Shown here: positions 59,130 to 64,000 of the stretch, one piece after another
Layout: every line of letters starts with the position of its first letter
Numbering within the stretch: position 1 is the stretch's first letter
NCBI RefSeq assembly: GCF_988243305.1
Contig: NZ_OZ547136.1
Strand: one strand, 5' to 3'
DNA: 64,000 nucleotides
Notes under the pieces: model-generated
What the model was told of the DNA's origin: nothing
Seen by the model: only the letters and a program-made list of their open reading frames with translations
The model's database searches: none
Program-made: the position numbers and the translations under genes

Positions 59130-59873
59130 ATGACACAGACTGAATCAGCGATTCTGGCGCATGCCCGGCGGTGTGCGCCTGCGGAGTCGTGCGGCTTCGT
59201 GATAAGCACGCCGGAGGGGGAGTGGTATATCCCTTGTGTGAATATTTCTGCAGAGCCGGAGGCGTATTTTCGTATCGCACCGGAAGACTGGCTGCGGGCA
59301 GAGATGCAGGGGGAGATTGTGGCACTGGTCCACAGTCATCCCGGTGGGCTGCCCTGGCTGAGCGAGGCTGACCGGCGGCTGCAGATAAAAAGCGCACTGC
59401 CCTGGTGGCTGGTCTGCCGGGGTGACATTCACAAATTCCGCTGTGTGCCACATCTGACAGGACGGCGCTTTGAGCACGGGGTGACGGACTGTTACACGCT
59501 GTTCCGGGATGCTTATCATCTGGCGGGGACTGAAATGCCGGATTTTCATCGCGAGGATGACTGGTGGCGCAACGGTCAGAACCTTTACCTGGACAATATG
59601 GCGGTCACCGGCTTTTACCGGGTGCCCCTGTCCTCTGCACAGGCGGGCGATATTCTGCTGTGCTGCTTTGGTGCTTCGGTACCGAACCATGCCGCCATTT
59701 ACTGCGGCAACGGTGAGCTGCTTCACCATCTGCCTGAACAACTGAGTAAACGGGAGAGGTATTCCGAAAAATGGCAACGACGAACGCATTCTGTCTGGCG
59801 TCACCGCCACTGGCACGCATCTGCCTTCACGGGGATTTACAACGATTTGGCCGCCGCCTCAGCCTGTATGTGA
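59130..59873 (+). CDS. tail assembly protein K-like (JAB/MPN plus NlpC/P60 domains)
   Basis: ATG 59130 (MTQTESAILAHARRCAPAESCGFV...); HSHP motif; C-terminal Cys/His region. Confidence 0.8.
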   Translation: MTQTESAILAHARRCAPAESCGFVISTPEGEWYIPCVNISAEPEAYFRIAPEDWLRAEMQGEIVALVHSHPGGLPWLSEADRRLQIKSALPWWLVCRGDIHKFRCVPHLTGRRFEHGVTDCYTLFRDAYHLAGTEMPDFHREDDWWRNGQNLYLDNMAVTGFYRVPLSSAQAGDILLCCFGASVPNHAAIYCGNGELLHHLPEQLSKRERYSEKWQRRTHSVWRHRHWHASAFTGIYNDLAAASACM

Positions 59874-60451
59874 ACACGGCAGCGGAAGCCATCCGGGCGC
59901 TGTCGTTACAGGTGCCGGGCTTTCGCCGTCAGATGAACGAAGGCTGGTACCAGATACGTATTGCCGGTTATGACACGGCACCGGAGGCGGTGTACGCCCG
60001 TCTTCACGAACAGCTGGGTGAGGGAACGGTCATCCATATTGTGCCGCGACTGGCCGGGGCCGGAAAGGGTGGACTGCAGATTGTGCTGGGGGCGGCAGCC
60101 ATCGTGGGCTCTTTCTTCACTGCCGGGGCATCAATGGCGTTATGGGGTTCAGCCCTGGCAGCCGGTGGTTTTTCTGCCACCACGATGCTGTTTTCACTTG
60201 GAGCCAGCATGATTCTGGGCGGTGTGGCCCAGATGCTGGCCCCGAAGGCAAAAACACCGGATTACCGCGCAACGGATAACGGCAGACAGAACACGTACTT
60301 TTCCTCGCTGGATAACATGATTGCCCAGGGGAACCCGATGCCGGTGCCTTACGGGGAAATGCTGGTTGGCTCCCGCCGTATATCCCAGGACATCAGCACC
60401 CGTGATGAAGGCGGGGGCGGAACGGTCGTGGTTATCGGGCGACAGGGATAA
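59771..60451 (+). CDS. tail assembly protein I-like
   Basis: MATTNAFCLASPPLARICLHGDLQRFGRR... closely parallels lambda I; overlaps K 3' end. Confidence 0.85.
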   Translation: MATTNAFCLASPPLARICLHGDLQRFGRRLSLYVNTAAEAIRALSLQVPGFRRQMNEGWYQIRIAGYDTAPEAVYARLHEQLGEGTVIHIVPRLAGAGKGGLQIVLGAAAIVGSFFTAGASMALWGSALAAGGFSATTMLFSLGASMILGGVAQMLAPKAKTPDYRATDNGRQNTYFSSLDNMIAQGNPMPVPYGEMLVGSRRISQDISTRDEGGGGTVVVIGRQG

Positions 60452-60463
60452 AACATAAAAAAA

Positions 60464-60490
60464 TCCCGCAGTGATCGCGGAGCTGCGGGG
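60464..60490 (-). terminator. minus-strand-oriented hairpin terminator in the I-J spacer
   Basis: CCCGCAG-(11 nt)-CTGCGGG preceded on + strand by A7 (T7 on minus strand). Confidence 0.45.
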
Positions 60491-60663
60491 ACAGACAAAT
60501 GAAGATCAATGTTAAGGAGTTGTTTTTGTTACTCGGGCAAAAAAACACTAACGCAGCGAAATTATAAGCGCCACAGTCAGTGTGTGAAAATGTGAAGATA
60601 TTCAGAATTTTTATGCCATTACCGGTTTTAACCAACAGGATTATCGGTGGGCATGAAAGAAAA

Positions 60664-60696
60664 CCCCGGTATCTGCTGATACCGGGGTTTCTCTTT
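60664..60696. terminator. perfect 10-bp hairpin, bidirectional terminator in the I-J spacer
   Basis: CCCCGGTATC-TGCT-GATACCGGGG flanked by GAAAGAAAA and TTTCTCTTT. Confidence 0.55.
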
Positions 60697-60793
60697 AGCA
60701 TGGCAGAAATGTGTTTCATGCTTTTCGGACGAAGGATATCCGACTTCTGTACGGAATGGCAAGTGGCGGTTAATTTATTCAGGGGAAGGCTGT

Positions 60794-63700
60794 ATGGGAA
60801 AAGGTGGCGGTAAGGCACACACGCCTCGTGAGGCGAAGGATAATCTCAAATCCACGCAGATGATGAGCGTGATTGATGCGATTGGTGAGGGACCGATAGA
60901 TGGCCCGGTGAAAGGCCTGCAGAGTATTCTGGTGAACAAAACCCCGCTGACGGACACGGACGGTAATCCCGTGATACACGGTGTGACCGCGGTCTGGCGT
61001 GCCGGGGAGCAGGAGCAGACACCACCGGAAGGCTTTGAGTCCTCCGGCTCTGAAACTGTACTGGGTGTCGAAGTGACCAGGGCAAAACCGGTAACACGCA
61101 CCATTACGTCAGCGAACATTGACCGCCTGCGGGTGACCTTCGGGGTGCAGTCACTGGTGGAGACCACGTCAAAGGGTGACCGTAATCCGTCCTCTGTCCG
61201 TCTGCTGATTCAGTTACAGCGTAACGGTAACTGGGTGACAGAAAAGGATGTCACCATTAACGGCAAGACCACCTCACAGTTCCTGGCCTCGGTGATTCTG
61301 GATAATCTGCCTCCCCGCCCCTTTAACATCCGGATGGTCAGGGAGACGGCGGACAGCACCACGGACCAGCTGCAGAACAGAACGCTGTGGTCGTCATACA
61401 CCGAAATCATCGATGTGAAACAGTGCTACCCGAACACGGCCATTGTGGGGATGCAGGTGGATGCGGAGCAGTTTGGTGGTCAGCAGATGACGGTGAACTA
61501 CCATATCCGCGGTCGCATCATCCAGGTGCCGTCAAACTATGACCCGGAAAAACGCACGTACAGTGGTATCTGGGACGGCAGTCTGAAACCGGCATACAGC
61601 AACAATCCGGCCTGGTGTCTGTGGGACATGCTGACTCACCCGCGCTACGGCATGGGAAAACGTCTGGGGGCGGCGGATGTGGACAAGTGGGCGCTGTATG
61701 CCATCGGGCAGTACTGCGACCAGATGGTGCCGGATGGCTTCGGGGGCACCGAGCCGCGGATGACCTTCAATGCGTACCTGGCACAACAGCGTAAGGCGTG
61801 GGATGTTCTCAGTGATTTCTGCTCGGCGATGCGCTGTATGCCGGTATGGAACGGCCAGATGCTGACGTTTGTTCAGGACCGCCTGTCGGATGTGGTGTGG
61901 CCGTACACCAACAGCGATGTGGTGGTGGATGATAACGGCGTGGGGTTCCGCTACAGCTTCAGTGCCCTGAAGGACCGGCACGCGGCGGTGGAGGTGAATT
62001 ACACCGACCCGCAGAACGGCTGGCAGACCTCCACGGAACTGGTGGAAGACCCGGAAGCCATACTGCGCTACGGACGCAACCTGCTGAAGATGGACGCGTT
62101 CGGCTGTACCAGCCGCGGTCAGGCCCACCGTGCCGGACTGTGGGTGATAAAGACCGAACTGCTGGAAACGCAGACGGTGGATTTCACGCTCGGGTCTCAG
62201 GGGCTGCGGCACACACCCGGTGACATTATTGAAATCTGTGATAATGACTATGCCGGGACCCTGACCGGCGGACGTGTCCTGTCCATTGATGCTGCCACCC
62301 GCACCCTGACGCTGGACCGTGAGGTTACCCTGCCGGAGACAGGTACATCGGCGGTGAACCTGATTAACGGCAGCGGTAAGCCGGTGAGTGTGGACATCAC
62401 CGCACACCCCGCGCCGGACCGGATACAGGTCAGTACCCTGCCTGATGGTGTGGAGACATACGGGGTGTGGGGACTCTCCCTGCCGTCACTGCGCCGTCGC
62501 CTGTTCCGCTGTGTCTCCATCCGGGAAAACACGGACGGCACCTTTGCCATCACGGCGGTGCAGCACGTACCGGAAAAAGAAGCCATCGTGGATAACGGTG
62601 CCCGCTTTGAGCCGCAGTCAGGTTCCCTGAACAGCGTCATCCCACCGGCAGTGCAGCACCTGACGGTGGAGGTGAGCGCAGCTGACGGCCGGTATCTGGC
62701 GCAGGCGAAATGGGACACGCCGCGGGTGGTGAAGGGTGTGCGCTTCAGTCTGCGCCTGACCAGTGGTAAGGGAACGGATGCCAGACTGGTGACCACCGCC
62801 ATCACCGCAGACACGGAGCACCGTTTCAGCGGCCTGCCGCTCGGGGAATACACCCTGACGGTGCGGGCGATAAACAGCTATGGCCAGCAGGGTGAACCTG
62901 CCACCACCACCTTCCGGATTGCCGCACCGGCAGCACCGTCGCGGATTGAGCTGACGCCGGGCTATTTTCAGATAACCGCAACGCCACATCTTGCCGTTTA
63001 TGACCCGACGGTACAGTTTGAGTTCTGGTTCTCGGAAAAGCGGATTGCGGATATCAGGCAGGTTGAAACCGCAGCCCGCTATCTTGGCTCGGCGCTGTAC
63101 TGGATAGCTGCCAGTATCAATATCAAACCGGGCCATGATTATTATTTTTATATCCGCAGTGTGAATACTGTTGGCAAATCGGCATTCGTGGAGGCTGTCG
63201 GTCGGGCGAGCGATGATGCGGAAGGTTACCTGGATTTTTTCAAAGGAGAAATCGGGAAAACACATCTGGCCCAGGAGCTGTGGACGCAGATTGATAACGG
63301 TCAGCTTGCGCCGGACCTGGCTGAAATCAGGACGTCCATTACGAATGTCAGCAATGAAATCACGCAGACCGTCAATAAAAAACTGGAAAATCAGAGTGCG
63401 GCAATCCAGCAGATACAGAAAGTTCAGGTTGATACAAATAATAACCTGAACAGCATGTGGGCCGTGAAACTGCAGCAGATGCAGGACGGACGCCTTTATA
63501 TTGCGGGTATCGGTGCCGGTATTGAGAATACGCCAGCAGGAATGCAGAGTCAGGTGCTGCTGGCGGCAGACAGGATTGCGATGATTAATCCTGCGAATGG
63601 CAACACAAAGCCGATGTTTGTTGGTCAGGGCGATCAGATATTTATGAATGAAGTGTTCCTGAAATATCTGACGGCTCCCACCATTACCAGCGGCGGTAAT

Positions 63701-64000
63701 CCTCCGGCATTTTCCCTGACACCGGACGGGCGGCTGACGGCGAAAAATGCCGATATCAGCGGTAACGTGAATGCGAACTCCGGGACGCTCAACAACGTCA
63801 CGATTAACGAGAACTGTCGGGTTCTGGGAAAATTGTCCGCGAACCAGATTGAAGGCGATCTCGTTAAAACAGTGGGCAAAGCTTTCCCCCGGGACTCCCG
63901 TGCACCGGAGCGGTGGCCATCAGGGACCATTACCGTCAGGGTTTATGACGATCAGCCGTTTGACCGGCAGATTGTTATTCCGGCGGTGGCATTCAGCGGC
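60794..64000 (+). CDS. host specificity / central tail fibre protein J-like (3' partial)
   Basis: [52 protein letters not shown]... parallels lambda J N-terminus; frame open to window end. Confidence 0.9.
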   Translation, partial: MGKGGGKAHTPREAKDNLKSTQMMSVIDAIGEGPIDGPVKGLQSILVNKTPLTDTDGNPVIHGVTAVWRAGEQEQTPPEGFESSGSETVLGVEVTRAKPVTRTITSANIDRLRVTFGVQSLVETTSKGDRNPSSVRLLIQLQRNGNWVTEKDVTINGKTTSQFLASVILDNLPPRPFNIRMVRETADSTTDQLQNRTLWSSYTEIIDVKQCYPNTAIVGMQVDAEQFGGQQMTVNYHIRGRIIQVPSNYDPEKRTYSGIWDGSLKPAYSNNPAWCLWDMLTHPRYGMGKRLGAADVDKWALYAIGQYCDQMVPDGFGGTEPRMTFNAYLAQQRKAWDVLSDFCSAMRCMPVWNGQMLTFVQDRLSDVVWPYTNSDVVVDDNGVGFRYSFSALKDRHAAVEVNYTDPQNGWQTSTELVEDPEAILRYGRNLLKMDAFGCTSRGQAHRAGLWVIKTELLETQTVDFTLGSQGLRHTPGDIIEICDNDYAGTLTGGRVLSIDAATRTLTLDREVTLPETGTSAVNLINGSGKPVSVDITAHPAPDRIQVSTLPDGVETYGVWGLSLPSLRRRLFRCVSIRENTDGTFAITAVQHVPEKEAIVDNGARFEPQSGSLNSVIPPAVQHLTVEVSAADGRYLAQAKWDTPRVVKGVRFSLRLTSGKGTDARLVTTAITADTEHRFSGLPLGEYTLTVRAINSYGQQGEPATTTFRIAAPAAPSRIELTPGYFQITATPHLAVYDPTVQFEFWFSEKRIADIRQVETAARYLGSALYWIAASINIKPGHDYYFYIRSVNTVGKSAFVEAVGRASDDAEGYLDFFKGEIGKTHLAQELWTQIDNGQLAPDLAEIRTSITNVSNEITQTVNKKLENQSAAIQQIQKVQVDTNNNLNSMWAVKLQQMQDGRLYIAGIGAGIENTPAGMQSQVLLAADRIAMINPANGNTKPMFVGQGDQIFMNEVFLKYLTAPTITSGGNPPAFSLTPDGRLTAKNADISGNVNANSGTLNNVTINENCRVLGKLSANQIEGDLVKTVGKAFPRDSRAPERWPSGTITVRVYDDQPFDRQIVIPAVAFSG

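Larger units (their letters stand above)
20110..64000. mobile_element. lambdoid prophage, left end and most of the genome (right end beyond window)
   Basis: integrase abuts ompW 3' end; contiguous phage modules through a 3'-truncated J gene at the window edge. Confidence 0.92.

Noticed and set aside
60432-60818. 128-aa minus-strand and 77-aa plus-strand ORFs across the I-J spacer
   Set aside because: Translations are low-complexity and cross two strong hairpin terminators; more likely non-coding (see I-J spacer finding).
61532-63265. Three overlapping minus-strand ORFs (201-291 aa) within J
   Set aside because: Antisense to the conserved J gene; GC-skewed shadow frames.

Overview
Bases 1..20109 are an Escherichia coli K-12-like chromosomal segment (hns, tdk, adhE, ychE, oppABCDF, yciU, clsA, yciY, kch, yciI, tonB, yciA, yciB, yciC, ompW). 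From about 20110 to the window end lies the left ~44 kb of a lambdoid prophage inserted just downstream of ompW; its right end is outside the window. The prophage is a mosaic: a Qin-like leftward early operon (integrase, excisionase, large exonuclease-domain protein, dicB, DicF sRNA), an S24-type repressor with Cro-like and YdaT-like genes, a replication gene with internal origin iterons, a nin-like block (orphan methyltransferase, RelF-like Hok toxin, DUF968-like protein, RusA, antiterminator Q), then a Stx-phage-like late region (PR'/tR', adenine methyltransferase, two tRNAs, NanS-p esterase, S21-type pinholin, SAR endolysin, Rz/Rz1) but with no stx genes, and finally lambda-like head and tail genes (terminase, protease-capsid fusion, portal, V, G/GT frameshift, H, M, L, K, I, 5' part of J). 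Items worth a second look are all accessory cargo: (1) a lipoprotein with a TonB C-terminal-like domain between Rz and the HNH/terminase genes, directly comparable with host tonB in this window; (2) four tandem tiny hydrophobic ORFs between endolysin and Rz; (3) an AT-rich cargo locus where Stx phages carry stx; (4) a convergent small-gene module between cI and DicF; (5) four in-frame 162-bp tandem repeats in the portal gene; (6) a ~340-bp insert with two hairpin terminators between tail genes I and J. All functional calls rest on my reading of the translated ORFs and recalled family features; no database search was run.
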